From NCBI RefSeq assembly GCF_036555685.1, contig NZ_DATBKY010000172.1:6412-70411 (forward strand): a DNA stretch of 64,000 bases. Reading direction: 5' to 3'. How positions within the stretch are numbered: position 1 is the stretch's first letter; the number at the start of each line of letters is the position of its first letter. Positions 20,878-30,003 of the stretch are shown in pieces. The translations under genes and the position numbers were made by a program. The notes under the pieces are model-generated. The model worked only from the letters and a program-made list of their open reading frames with translations, was not told the origin of the DNA and ran no database searches. This DNA comes from Actinophytocola sp. GTDB lineage: Bacteria; Actinomycetota; Actinomycetes; Mycobacteriales; Pseudonocardiaceae.

Positions 20878-22428
20878 TCACGACGGCCGTCCCGCCGCAC
20901 GCGGGCCGGTCTCGCGCAGGGCGTTACGGTCGATCTTGCCGTTGACGTTCAGCGGCAGCGAGTCCCGATGGTTCAGCCGCCGCGGCACCATGTGGATCGG
21001 CAGGTACTCGCGCAGCCACCGGACGAGCTGCCGGCCGGGCTGCGGCGTGCCGGTGTAGAACGCGACCAGCTCCGGGCCGTCCGCGCCGCGCTCCGCGATC
21101 ACCACCGCCTGGGTCACGTCCGGGTGGCGGGCGATGGCGGCCTCCACCTCGCCCAGCTCCACCCGGTAGCCCCAGATCTTGAGCTGGTGGTCGAGCCGTG
21201 ACAGGTGGACGAGCTCACCGGCCTCCCACCGCACCCGGTCACCGGTGCGGTAGTAGAACTCCGGCCGCGGCGCGACACCGTCGGCCGGCACGTACCTGTC
21301 GCCCTCCCGGACCAGGAACCGGCCGGCGTCGTCGCGTGGATCCAGGTACCCGGCGAACCGCTGCGCCCCGCGCACGCACAGCTCGCCCTCCTGCGCCGCG
21401 AACCCGTCCTCGTCGACGATCACGTGGTCGAGATAGTCGTACACCGGTCCGATGGGGACGGTGTCGTTCGACGTCGCGGGCCAGCCGGCCGGGTCGGCGG
21501 GGAGGCGGTATTCCGTGCACGCCACGGTCAGCTCCGTGGGGCCGTACACGTTGTCGATGCGGGCGCCCGGCGCGACCGCGCGCCACGCCGCGGCCTGGGC
21601 CCGGGTGAGCTGCTCGCCGATGAAGATGCTCTGCCGCAGCACCGTGGACCGGCCGGTGGGCAGGTTGCCGAGGTTCGCGCTGACCGACACCACGGACGGC
21701 ACCGAGAACCAGTGCGTGATCGCCTTGTCCGCCAGGAAGTCCACCGGGCTGAGCAGGTCGGTCCGGCTCGGCGACACCAGCGTGGCGCCGCCGCCCCATG
21801 TGACGAACAGGTCGAACACCGACGGGTCGAAGGTGAAGTCGAACGTGTGCGACATCCGGCAGCCCGGGCCGACCTCGAAGCGCGCGATGTTGCGTGCCAC
21901 GAACGGCGACACGTTGCCGTGGCTGATCGGCACGCCCTTGGGTCGGCCCGTCGACCCGGAGGTGAACAGCACGTACGCCACGTCGTCGGCCGCGGCCGAC
22001 AACGCCGGTAGCGGGCCCGGCCGGGCGGCCAGCACGTCGGCGGCACCGAGCCGGACGACGGTGCCCGCCGCGCCGGCCAGGCCGTCCAGCTCGGCCACTC
22101 CGTCGTCGGCGAGCAGCACGTCGCAGTCGATCGAACCGCAGATGACCTCGTTGCGGCGCACCGGATGCGACGGGTTGAGCGGCACGACCGTGGCGCCGAG
22201 CCGCAGCGCGGCGAGGTAGCCGGCGAACGCCACGAGGCTGCGGCTCGCCAGCAACGCCACCCGGTCCGGTACCGAGCCCCGGGCGGCGAGGACGGTGCCG
22301 GCCACCGCCTCCGCGCAGCGGCGCAGCTCGCGGTAGGTCAGCACCTCCCCGTCGACCTCGAGCGCGACCGCCTCCGGGTGCCGCTCGGCGGATCGGGCGA
22401 ACCATTCGTAGAGCGTCCTCGACGTCAT
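20878..22428 (-). CDS. Stand-alone amino-acid adenylation (A) domain enzyme
   Basis: LTYREL (A1), FTSGSTGRPKG (A3), FDPS (A4), NVYGPTE (A5), YRTGD (A7), KIWGYRVELGEVE (A8), NGKIDR (A10); no carrier domain. Confidence 0.93.
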   Translation of the reverse strand: MTSRTLYEWFARSAERHPEAVALEVDGEVLTYRELRRCAEAVAGTVLAARGSVPDRVALLASRSLVAFAGYLAALRLGATVVPLNPSHPVRRNEVICGSIDCDVLLADDGVAELDGLAGAAGTVVRLGAADVLAARPGPLPALSAAADDVAYVLFTSGSTGRPKGVPISHGNVSPFVARNIARFEVGPGCRMSHTFDFTFDPSVFDLFVTWGGGATLVSPSRTDLLSPVDFLADKAITHWFSVPSVVSVSANLGNLPTGRSTVLRQSIFIGEQLTRAQAAAWRAVAPGARIDNVYGPTELTVACTEYRLPADPAGWPATSNDTVPIGPVYDYLDHVIVDEDGFAAQEGELCVRGAQRFAGYLDPRDDAGRFLVREGDRYVPADGVAPRPEFYYRTGDRVRWEAGELVHLSRLDHQLKIWGYRVELGEVEAAIARHPDVTQAVVIAERGADGPELVAFYTGTPQPGRQLVRWLREYLPIHMVPRRLNHRDSLPLNVNGKIDRNALRETGPRAAGRPS

Positions 22429-22441
22429 GGCGCCCGGCTGG

Positions 22442-23464
22442 TCAGGCGATGTCGCGCATGGCGCGGTCGCACACGGCCAGCGCGCAGTCGAGCCGGCGCA
22501 GGATGCCGATGGCCACCTCGGGGAGCATGTCCGGGCGGGCCGCGGCGAGCGGGGCGATGACGTGGTTGAGCCAGCCCTCGGCGTGCTCGACGTCGACCAC
22601 GACGTGCTCGAGCAGGTAGTGCATCTCGGCGTCGGTGAGCCCGACCCGCCGCCAGCCCTCGATCTGCCGCTCGAGCCGCCCCGGCACCACGAGCTCGGTG
22701 GCCTGCAGCATGCCGATCGCCTGCGGCGCGAGGCTGCGGTCCGCGGAGGTCTGGAAGTACATGTTGGCCATCCGCAGCTCTTCCACCCAGTAGAAGTCCA
22801 CGTTGGACAGATAGTCGTCGGCGGGTACGCCGATGCGCTTCATCATGTCCAGGCGCAGCTGCCGGTGCGTGCCGGCGAGCTTCCCGTTGCCCATCTCGTC
22901 CCAGAAGTTGCCGGCCAGCTCGATCTTCTGGCCGCCGTGGATGCCCGGTAGCAGCAGCGCGACCAGGTCACCGAAGTGGATGTCGAACGGCGTCTCCTGC
23001 GCCTGGAACTCCCGCAGCTGCTCGAAGGTCGCCCGCTCGGCGAGGAAGTCGAACAGCGGGTGGGTCACGCCGGACGCGTGCTCCTCGCACACCACGGTGG
23101 CCCACTTCCCGAAGCCCTCGGGCGTGGTCGGGATCTCCAGGCCCGCGCCGTACACCTTGCGGTCGCGCGCGAGCCACGCGTCGCCGACGCGGCGGTGCGC
23201 GTTCACGACGACCGGATCCGTGTAGTCGCGCCAGTCCGGGGACCACGGCGGCAGGATCCGGTGCGCGTAGACCTCGTACAGGAAGCGCTGTGCCTCCAGC
23301 TCCGCGGCGGGATCGTCGTCGCCGAAAGCGCGGATGCTCACCTCGTCGGCGCGCCGCTCGAGCTCGTGCAGCGCGTCGGCCGACGGATCGGCGGCGACGG
23401 ACCGGACCAGGCCGCTGAGCTCCGTCGTGGTCGTCGCGCCGGGCTTCACATCCATCTGAGTCAT
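22442..23464 (-). CDS. Heme-oxygenase-like diiron oxidase (iron-containing redox enzyme family)
   Basis: 340 aa; NFWDEMGNG....H (E-x9-H), QATE and EHVVVDVEH (H-x3-D-x2-H) diiron ligand pattern; AAGAAGGAG RBS before ATG 23464. Confidence 0.88.
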   Translation of the reverse strand: MTQMDVKPGATTTTELSGLVRSVAADPSADALHELERRADEVSIRAFGDDDPAAELEAQRFLYEVYAHRILPPWSPDWRDYTDPVVVNAHRRVGDAWLARDRKVYGAGLEIPTTPEGFGKWATVVCEEHASGVTHPLFDFLAERATFEQLREFQAQETPFDIHFGDLVALLLPGIHGGQKIELAGNFWDEMGNGKLAGTHRQLRLDMMKRIGVPADDYLSNVDFYWVEELRMANMYFQTSADRSLAPQAIGMLQATELVVPGRLERQIEGWRRVGLTDAEMHYLLEHVVVDVEHAEGWLNHVIAPLAAARPDMLPEVAIGILRRLDCALAVCDRAMRDIA

Positions 23465-23496
23465 CGTGCACTCCTTCTTGAATCGATCATCTGAGG

Positions 23497-26400
23497 TCAG
23501 CTCTGCGTCGCGATCCGGAACAGCTCGCGGACCGGGGTGTCGGGCGCGGCCGCCGCCCGGGCGAGCACGGCGAGCAGGCCGGCCCGCCACCGCCGCACGG
23601 TCGCCTCGTCGAACAGCGCGGCGTCGTACTCCCAGCCGCCGGCGAGGCTGCCGTCCTGCTGGGGCAGCAGGGAGACCGCGCTCTCGTAGTGCAGGCCGAT
23701 CGGCGCGTACACCGGTCCGATCGGGGCGAAGTCGAACCCGTTGTCGCCGCCGACGAGCTCCATGTCGAACTCGCTCGTCCGGAACGCCCGGCCCGCCATC
23801 GGCGCGTTCTGTACGGAGAAGCAGGCCGCCAGCGCCGCGTCCGGGATCGCCAGCTCGGCACGCAACGTCTCGAACGGCACGGTCGGGCGGCCGAACGCGG
23901 CGGTGGTCACCTCGCGGGTGACACGCAGCAGGTCGGCGAACGTGGCCGCACCGGCCACCGGCACCCGGACCACGAGCCGGTTGACGAACCAGCCGACCAG
24001 CCGCTCCCAGTGCGACCGGACGCGCAACGCGTTCGGCGTGACGACGGCGATCTCGTCCGCGCCGGAGTGGGCGGCGAGGACCGCGGCGTGGGCGGCGAGG
24101 CCGGTCATGTACAGCGACGTGCCGCTGCGCTTGCCGAGCGCGTCCACCGCCGCGCCCAGCTTCCGGTCGACGACCAGGTCGAGGAAGCCGGGCCGGAACT
24201 CGTGGCCCGCGCGCTCGACCTCGGTGGGCAGCCCGATGCCGCCGAGCCCGCGCAGCTGGTCGCGCCACGCGGCCAGGTCCTCTCCGTAGCGCGGGCCGGC
24301 CCGGTACTCGCGGTGCCACTGGACGAACTCGGCATAGTCGCCCTCGATGGGCTTGAGGTCGGGCTCGGTGCCGTCGGCGTAGGCGTGGTAGGCGGTGCCG
24401 ATCTCGTGCAGCGTGATGCCGATGGACCAGCCGTCGATCGCGGTGTGGTGGACCGTCCACTGCACGACGTGGTCGTCCGGGCCGAGCCGGTGCACGCGGG
24501 CGCGGATCAGCGGGCCGGCGGCCAGGTCGAACGGGCGGGCGCCCTCCTCCCGGATGAGCCGGCGGACCGTGCGCTCGGGGTCCGGACCCGCCACATCGGA
24601 CACCTCGACCGGGATCTCGGTCAGGTCCAGCACGCGCTGGACGTATTCGTCGCCCTCGCGGTGCAGGGAGACCCGCAGCGGCGCGTGCCGGCGCACCAGC
24701 AGCGCGAAGGCCCGGCGCAGCGCGCCGAGGTCGAGCCGGCCGCGCATGCGTACCGCGAACGGGGCGTTGTACCAAGGGTCGTGGCCGTAGCCCTCGTCCG
24801 CGCGGAAGAGCGCCTCCTGCGGGAAGGACTGGGGCAGCACGGTTCCCGGCGTCATGCGCGGCACGGGCCGCTCGGCGTAGACCTGGTCCTGGCGCGCGCT
24901 CGCGCGCTCCCGTTCCCGTTCGACCAGCGTGGCCAGCCGGGCGACGGTCGGCTCGGCGAGGAAGTCGGCGAGCCCGATGTCGACGCCCAGCCGGTCCCGC
25001 ACCCGTGCGGTCACCTGGGTGGCCTGCAGCGAGTTGCCGCCCAGCTCGAAGAAGTCGGTCGACTTGTCCACAGTAGACAGCGAGAGCAGCGGCCCGAGGA
25101 CCTCGGTGGCGATGACGCGTTCCAGCTCGGTCCACTCCGTGTCCGTGGCCGTCGCCGCCGGTTCGGGCGGGGCCGGGAGCGCCCGGCGGTCGATCTTGCC
25201 GCTCGGGGTGCGGGGCAGCTCGGCCAGGACGGCGAGCCGGGTGGGAACCATGTAGTCGGGCAGCCGCGCGGCCGCGACCTCGCGGACCTCGTGGAGTGCC
25301 GGCTCCTCACCGGCGGGCACGACGTATGCGGTCAGGTGCCGGCCGGCGTCCGCGCCGTCCCACACCTCGACCGCGACCTGCCGCACCCGTGGGTCGGCGG
25401 CCAGCACCGACTCGACCTCGCCGAGCTCCACCCGGAACCCGCGGAGCTTGACCTGGCGGTCCACCCGGCCGAGGAACTCGAGTACGCCGAGCGACGACCG
25501 GCTGGCGGCGTCGGGCAGCGGCACCGGTGTCCACCGCGCCAGGTCGCCGGTGCGGTACAGCCGCGCGCCCGGTTCGTCGCCGAAGGGGTCGGGCACGAAC
25601 CGGTCGGCGGTGTGGCCGGGCCGGCCGAGGTAGCCGCGGGCGAGCCCGGCCCCGGCGATGCACAGCTCCCCCGGGACGCCCGCCGGCACCGGGCGCAGGT
25701 GCTCGTCGAGCACGTACGCGCGATGGTTGGGCATCGGCAGGCCGATCGGCGGGATCCGCCCGCCGGAGGGTGGCTCGCAGCGCATGAGGGTGACCGCGAC
25801 CGTGGTCTCGGCCGGGCCGTAGCCGTTCCAGAACTCGCGGCGCTCGGTGGCCCACTCGTCGACGAGCACGCCCGGTGGCGCCTCGCCGCCGACCGACACC
25901 AGTCGCAGGTGGGGCAGCGCGGCGGGGTCGAGCAGCGGCATCAGGCTCGGTGGCAGCTCGGCGGCGGTGACGCGCTGCTCGATCAGCAACCGCTGCAGCG
26001 CCTCGACCGAGAGGCGTTCCTCGTCGCCGGCCAGGACCAGCGTCGCGCCGGCACAGAGCGCCGACCACAGGTCGAACACGGACACGTCGAACGTGAGCGC
26101 GGCGAAGCCGAGCAGCCGGGTTTCCGGCCCGATCCCGTAGGCGGTCGCGATGTGCCGGGAGAAGTCGGCGACCGCGCGGTGCTCGACCAGGACGCCCTTC
26201 GGCCGGCCGGTGCTGCCCGATGTGTAGATGACGTAGGCGCCGCCGTCCGGCCGTGCGGTCATCGCATCGACCGGCCGCGCCGCCGTCGATTCCGGCTCCA
26301 GCACGGGAGTCCCGTCCGGGAACCGGTCCGCCAGGTCGGCCGTCGTGACCACTATGGACACTCCGGCGTCGGCGCACAGGTACGCGATGCGGGCCGGCGG

Positions 26401-29400
26401 ATACTTCGGGTCGACGGGCACGTACGCGGCGCCGGCCATCATGATGCCGAGCGGCGCCCACACCGTCGCGGCGGTGCGCGGCAGGCATACCGCGACCCGG
26501 TCCTCCGGGCCGACGCCTCGCTCGCGGAGCTCGGCCGCCAGCCCGGCTGCCCGGTCGAGCAGCTGCCGGTAGGTCAGCTCGCCGTCGGTCGCGACGAGCG
26601 CGGTCGCGTCGGGGTCCTGCTGGACGACCAGGCCGGGAATCGTGGCGGGTGGGTCGTTGAGCAGGCCGCCGTCGCCCGCGCGCAGCAGCTCGGCCCGCTC
26701 CTCGCCGGTGACCAGGTCGGCGGCGTCGATGGGCCGGCCCGGCTCGGCGCGGTCGAGTGAGACGGCGAGGGCGGTACGCCGGATCAGCGCGGTCACGGTG
26801 TGCTCGGTGATCGCCCGCCCGTCGAACACGGCGGTGATCTCGGTGCCGCCGTCGGGTGCGGGCGCGATGTCGAGGCCCACGGTGGCGGCCGCGTGCGGCG
26901 CGAGCCGGCCGGCTCGGTCGTGCACGGCGACGCTGACGAGCGGGTCCTCGGCGAGCATCGAGCGCAGCTTGGACCATGGCACGTCGGCGTTGCGCCGGGC
27001 GGCCTCGAGCGCCTCGGTGGCGGCGTCGGTCAGTCCCGCACCGATCGCGACCCGGACCGGCAGCATCCGGCAGAAGGGCCCGGGCACGCCGTCGAGGTCG
27101 GGGGGCAGGACCGGGCGGGTGACCACGCCGAGGACGACGTCGTCGTCGCGCCCGCAGCGGCCGAGCACGAGCGCGAGGGCGGCGAGCCAGCGCCTCGTCG
27201 TGGCGGTCTCCGCCACGGTGAGGCTGGCCTGTCCACGGGCGGGCGCGCCGGGCGCCACGCGGTCGGCGGGGATGCCCGAGGCCGGGGCGCCGCGAAGGGT
27301 GGTCTTCCAGTACGCCTCCTGCCGTTCCCGCTCGGCGGTGCGCCGCGGATCGACCTGCCAGGCCGCGTAGTCGTCGTAGGTGAGCGTCGTGGCGCCAGCC
27401 GGCTTGTCCATTGTGGACTCGACCCACGGTCGCAACGCCTCGGCCTCGGCGTAGAACTCCTGCTGCACCGACCGAGGTACCCGACCGCGGACCCGCCCCG
27501 GCCGGATGGGCGGGACGGCCCGCTGCGCCGCCCGCAGCCCGGCGAGGAACCCGGTGCGCCGCGGCTCGGGCCACGCGGCGAGGCGGTCCGCGAGCGGCCG
27601 GGACTCGACGTGCTCGCGCCCGGGGTCGGCCCCGATCAGCGCGGGGACGTCGACATGCCCGCTCGCGGACCGCGGCAGCTCGGCGATCTGCCGGACGTCC
27701 GCGGGCAGCAGAGCGCTGGGCACGCGCTGGCGCAGCCGGTTGAGCGACGCGGCCACGTCGACGCCGCGCCCGCCGGCACCGGCGACCCAGGCCCGCTCCC
27801 CCAGGACGACGGCCGCCGCGATGGCATCGTCGCGTTCGAGCTGCGCGGCCACCCAGAGATCCTCGCCACCGGGCCGATCGCCCAGCCGCTCGAGCGTGCC
27901 ATCGCCCCGGCGACGCGCCCGGACTCCGGTACGAACGTCGCCGTCCGCACCGGTGACGACCAGTTCCCCGGCCACGGCATCGGGCACCGGCCGACCGGCC
28001 GGGTCGGCAAGCCAGCCACCCGGAACCGCTCCGAAGTCCTGCTGCCCCGGCGGAACGCAGGCGTACACGCCGCCGGTGGCAGCCGTACCGAACACACGCC
28101 ACGCGCCCGGCACGGCGGGGCCGGCGACCACACCGCCATCGCGCGGGCCAGGCGCGAGCGGGTCGCGGAACTCCGGCGACGCGCCGGCGGCCAACGCGGC
28201 CAGCGCCACCGGCAGCAACGCCGGGTCGTCAGCGCCCAAGGCGAGCACGGCAGGCGAGCCCGGCTCGAACGGCAGCGCGCTCGCCGCCGCCACTGCCTCG
28301 GCCAAGGTCCGGGCCGACGCACCTCGCCAGCGGCCGGATGGCTCATCGGGTGGCGGGGCGTCGGCCGACAGTGCCAGGTGGACGACGGAAACCGGTGGGG
28401 GCACGGCGAACGACGTACCGTCCGGGACGACGAGCACCGCCGCGTCACGGCAGCGTGCGGCCAGCTCGGTGGCCGACGCGTCCAGCGGGACCTGCTCGAC
28501 GTCCGCGCCGAGTGAGAGGGCACCGAGCGCGGCGGCGAGCAGGTCCGGCGACGCGGGTAGGCGGAGCAGCACCCGGTCGCCGGCGCGTACGCCCGCCGCC
28601 CGCAGCTGGGCAGCGGCCGCGCCCGCCGGGGCGTATGCGGGTAGCGGTGCGACCGGGCGCGGCGGCACGGGCTCCACGTCGGCGGGCGCCACCAGCGGGA
28701 TGTCGCTCAACCGCTGGTCGTCCGGTGCGGAGGCCAGCTCCTTTAGCAGCCGTCCGTAGCGGTCGGCGAGCCACTCGGCGACCGGGCGGTCGATGCGGTG
28801 CTCGTCGTACTCCACCCGGACCCAGATCGAATCCGTCGGCAGGGCGACCGACACCACCAGCGGCAGGCCGGTCTGCTCCTGCTGGCGCAGCGCGCGGACG
28901 GTGACCGTGCCGGTCGACTCGGCGGTGTCCGATTCGGACAGGAAGTAGTTCTGGAAGCCCAGCACGCTCTCGTACAGCGGCTCCCCCATCGGCACCGCGC
29001 TGCACCGCTGCGCCGCGGCCACCGGGATGTGCTCGAACGCGCGGCCGGCGATCAGCTGTTCCTGTACCGCGGCGAGCCACGGGCCGACCGGCAGCTCACC
29101 GTCGACGGCGACGCGCACCGGGACCGTGTTGACGAACATGCCCACCCGCTCGGTCACGCCGGGCAGCTCCGCGGGGCGGCCGGACACGGTCGTGCCGAAA
29201 ACCGCGTCGGGGGTGCCCGCGCACCGCGACAGCAGCAGGCCCCACGCGGCGTGGGCGATCGTGCTGGGCAACACCCCCGGCCGGCGGGCCAGGACACCGG
29301 GCACGAAGCGCTCGATCCGGCCGGCCGGTCCGGCCTCGGCGCTGACCCGTCCCACCCGGTCGACGCCGAGCGGGGTGGGGTGCCGCAGGTCGCCGAGCAG

Positions 29401-30003
29401 CCGCTTGAAATGCGCGTTCGCCGCCTCGGTGGTGTCGTGGTCGCGCAGCCACGTCACGAACTCGCGGAACGGCGCGGCCGGGGGCAGCGCCGCCGCCCGC
29501 CCCTCCTGCCGGGCGGCGATCAGCTCGGCCAGGTCCTCCTGCACGGTCGGCATGCTCCAGCCGTCGAGCACGAGGTGGTGTGCCGTCGTGACGAGCCGCC
29601 ACTCGGCCTCGCCCACCCGCAGCGCGTGCGCCCGCAGCAGCGGTGGCCGGCGCATGTCGAACGGCGTCGCCCACTGGGCGGCCAGTGCGGCCCGCACCGC
29701 GGCGTCCACATCGCTACCGCGGGCGTCGGTGACCTCGAGGCGCAGCGGCGCTTCGGCGAACACGACCTGTACCGGGTTCTCGACGCCCTCCCAGACGAAC
29801 CCGGTGCGCAGCACGGTGTGCCGGGACACGAGGTCGTCCAGGCCCTGCCGCAGCGCCACCTCGTCCGGTACACCGGTGACGCCGAGGACGAACTGCTGCT
29901 GGTACACCGGACGGTCCGCGGTCCGCAGCGCGTGCACGAGCATGCCCTGCTGCATCGCGGTCAGCGGGTAGATGTCGCGCACCCGGCGCTTGGTCCCGGC
30001 CAT
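23497..30003 (-). CDS. NRPS: C - A(degenerate) - C(truncated) - A - T - C (about 2168 aa)
   Basis: C1 DIYPLTAMQQGML and HHLVLDG (~29570); eroded A-like region ~28660-27640 with no SGSTG and GHVD in place of GKVD; C-terminal half of a C domain; intact A (YTSGSTGRPKG, GYGPAE, SGKID); T GGNSL (~25030); terminal C with HHTAIDG (~24440). Confidence 0.9.
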   Translation of the reverse strand: MAGTKRRVRDIYPLTAMQQGMLVHALRTADRPVYQQQFVLGVTGVPDEVALRQGLDDLVSRHTVLRTGFVWEGVENPVQVVFAEAPLRLEVTDARGSDVDAAVRAALAAQWATPFDMRRPPLLRAHALRVGEAEWRLVTTAHHLVLDGWSMPTVQEDLAELIAARQEGRAAALPPAAPFREFVTWLRDHDTTEAANAHFKRLLGDLRHPTPLGVDRVGRVSAEAGPAGRIERFVPGVLARRPGVLPSTIAHAAWGLLLSRCAGTPDAVFGTTVSGRPAELPGVTERVGMFVNTVPVRVAVDGELPVGPWLAAVQEQLIAGRAFEHIPVAAAQRCSAVPMGEPLYESVLGFQNYFLSESDTAESTGTVTVRALRQQEQTGLPLVVSVALPTDSIWVRVEYDEHRIDRPVAEWLADRYGRLLKELASAPDDQRLSDIPLVAPADVEPVPPRPVAPLPAYAPAGAAAAQLRAAGVRAGDRVLLRLPASPDLLAAALGALSLGADVEQVPLDASATELAARCRDAAVLVVPDGTSFAVPPPVSVVHLALSADAPPPDEPSGRWRGASARTLAEAVAAASALPFEPGSPAVLALGADDPALLPVALAALAAGASPEFRDPLAPGPRDGGVVAGPAVPGAWRVFGTAATGGVYACVPPGQQDFGAVPGGWLADPAGRPVPDAVAGELVVTGADGDVRTGVRARRRGDGTLERLGDRPGGEDLWVAAQLERDDAIAAAVVLGERAWVAGAGGRGVDVAASLNRLRQRVPSALLPADVRQIAELPRSASGHVDVPALIGADPGREHVESRPLADRLAAWPEPRRTGFLAGLRAAQRAVPPIRPGRVRGRVPRSVQQEFYAEAEALRPWVESTMDKPAGATTLTYDDYAAWQVDPRRTAERERQEAYWKTTLRGAPASGIPADRVAPGAPARGQASLTVAETATTRRWLAALALVLGRCGRDDDVVLGVVTRPVLPPDLDGVPGPFCRMLPVRVAIGAGLTDAATEALEAARRNADVPWSKLRSMLAEDPLVSVAVHDRAGRLAPHAAATVGLDIAPAPDGGTEITAVFDGRAITEHTVTALIRRTALAVSLDRAEPGRPIDAADLVTGEERAELLRAGDGGLLNDPPATIPGLVVQQDPDATALVATDGELTYRQLLDRAAGLAAELRERGVGPEDRVAVCLPRTAATVWAPLGIMMAGAAYVPVDPKYPPARIAYLCADAGVSIVVTTADLADRFPDGTPVLEPESTAARPVDAMTARPDGGAYVIYTSGSTGRPKGVLVEHRAVADFSRHIATAYGIGPETRLLGFAALTFDVSVFDLWSALCAGATLVLAGDEERLSVEALQRLLIEQRVTAAELPPSLMPLLDPAALPHLRLVSVGGEAPPGVLVDEWATERREFWNGYGPAETTVAVTLMRCEPPSGGRIPPIGLPMPNHRAYVLDEHLRPVPAGVPGELCIAGAGLARGYLGRPGHTADRFVPDPFGDEPGARLYRTGDLARWTPVPLPDAASRSSLGVLEFLGRVDRQVKLRGFRVELGEVESVLAADPRVRQVAVEVWDGADAGRHLTAYVVPAGEEPALHEVREVAAARLPDYMVPTRLAVLAELPRTPSGKIDRRALPAPPEPAATATDTEWTELERVIATEVLGPLLSLSTVDKSTDFFELGGNSLQATQVTARVRDRLGVDIGLADFLAEPTVARLATLVERERERASARQDQVYAERPVPRMTPGTVLPQSFPQEALFRADEGYGHDPWYNAPFAVRMRGRLDLGALRRAFALLVRRHAPLRVSLHREGDEYVQRVLDLTEIPVEVSDVAGPDPERTVRRLIREEGARPFDLAAGPLIRARVHRLGPDDHVVQWTVHHTAIDGWSIGITLHEIGTAYHAYADGTEPDLKPIEGDYAEFVQWHREYRAGPRYGEDLAAWRDQLRGLGGIGLPTEVERAGHEFRPGFLDLVVDRKLGAAVDALGKRSGTSLYMTGLAAHAAVLAAHSGADEIAVVTPNALRVRSHWERLVGWFVNRLVVRVPVAGAATFADLLRVTREVTTAAFGRPTVPFETLRAELAIPDAALAACFSVQNAPMAGRAFRTSEFDMELVGGDNGFDFAPIGPVYAPIGLHYESAVSLLPQQDGSLAGGWEYDAALFDEATVRRWRAGLLAVLARAAAAPDTPVRELFRIATQS

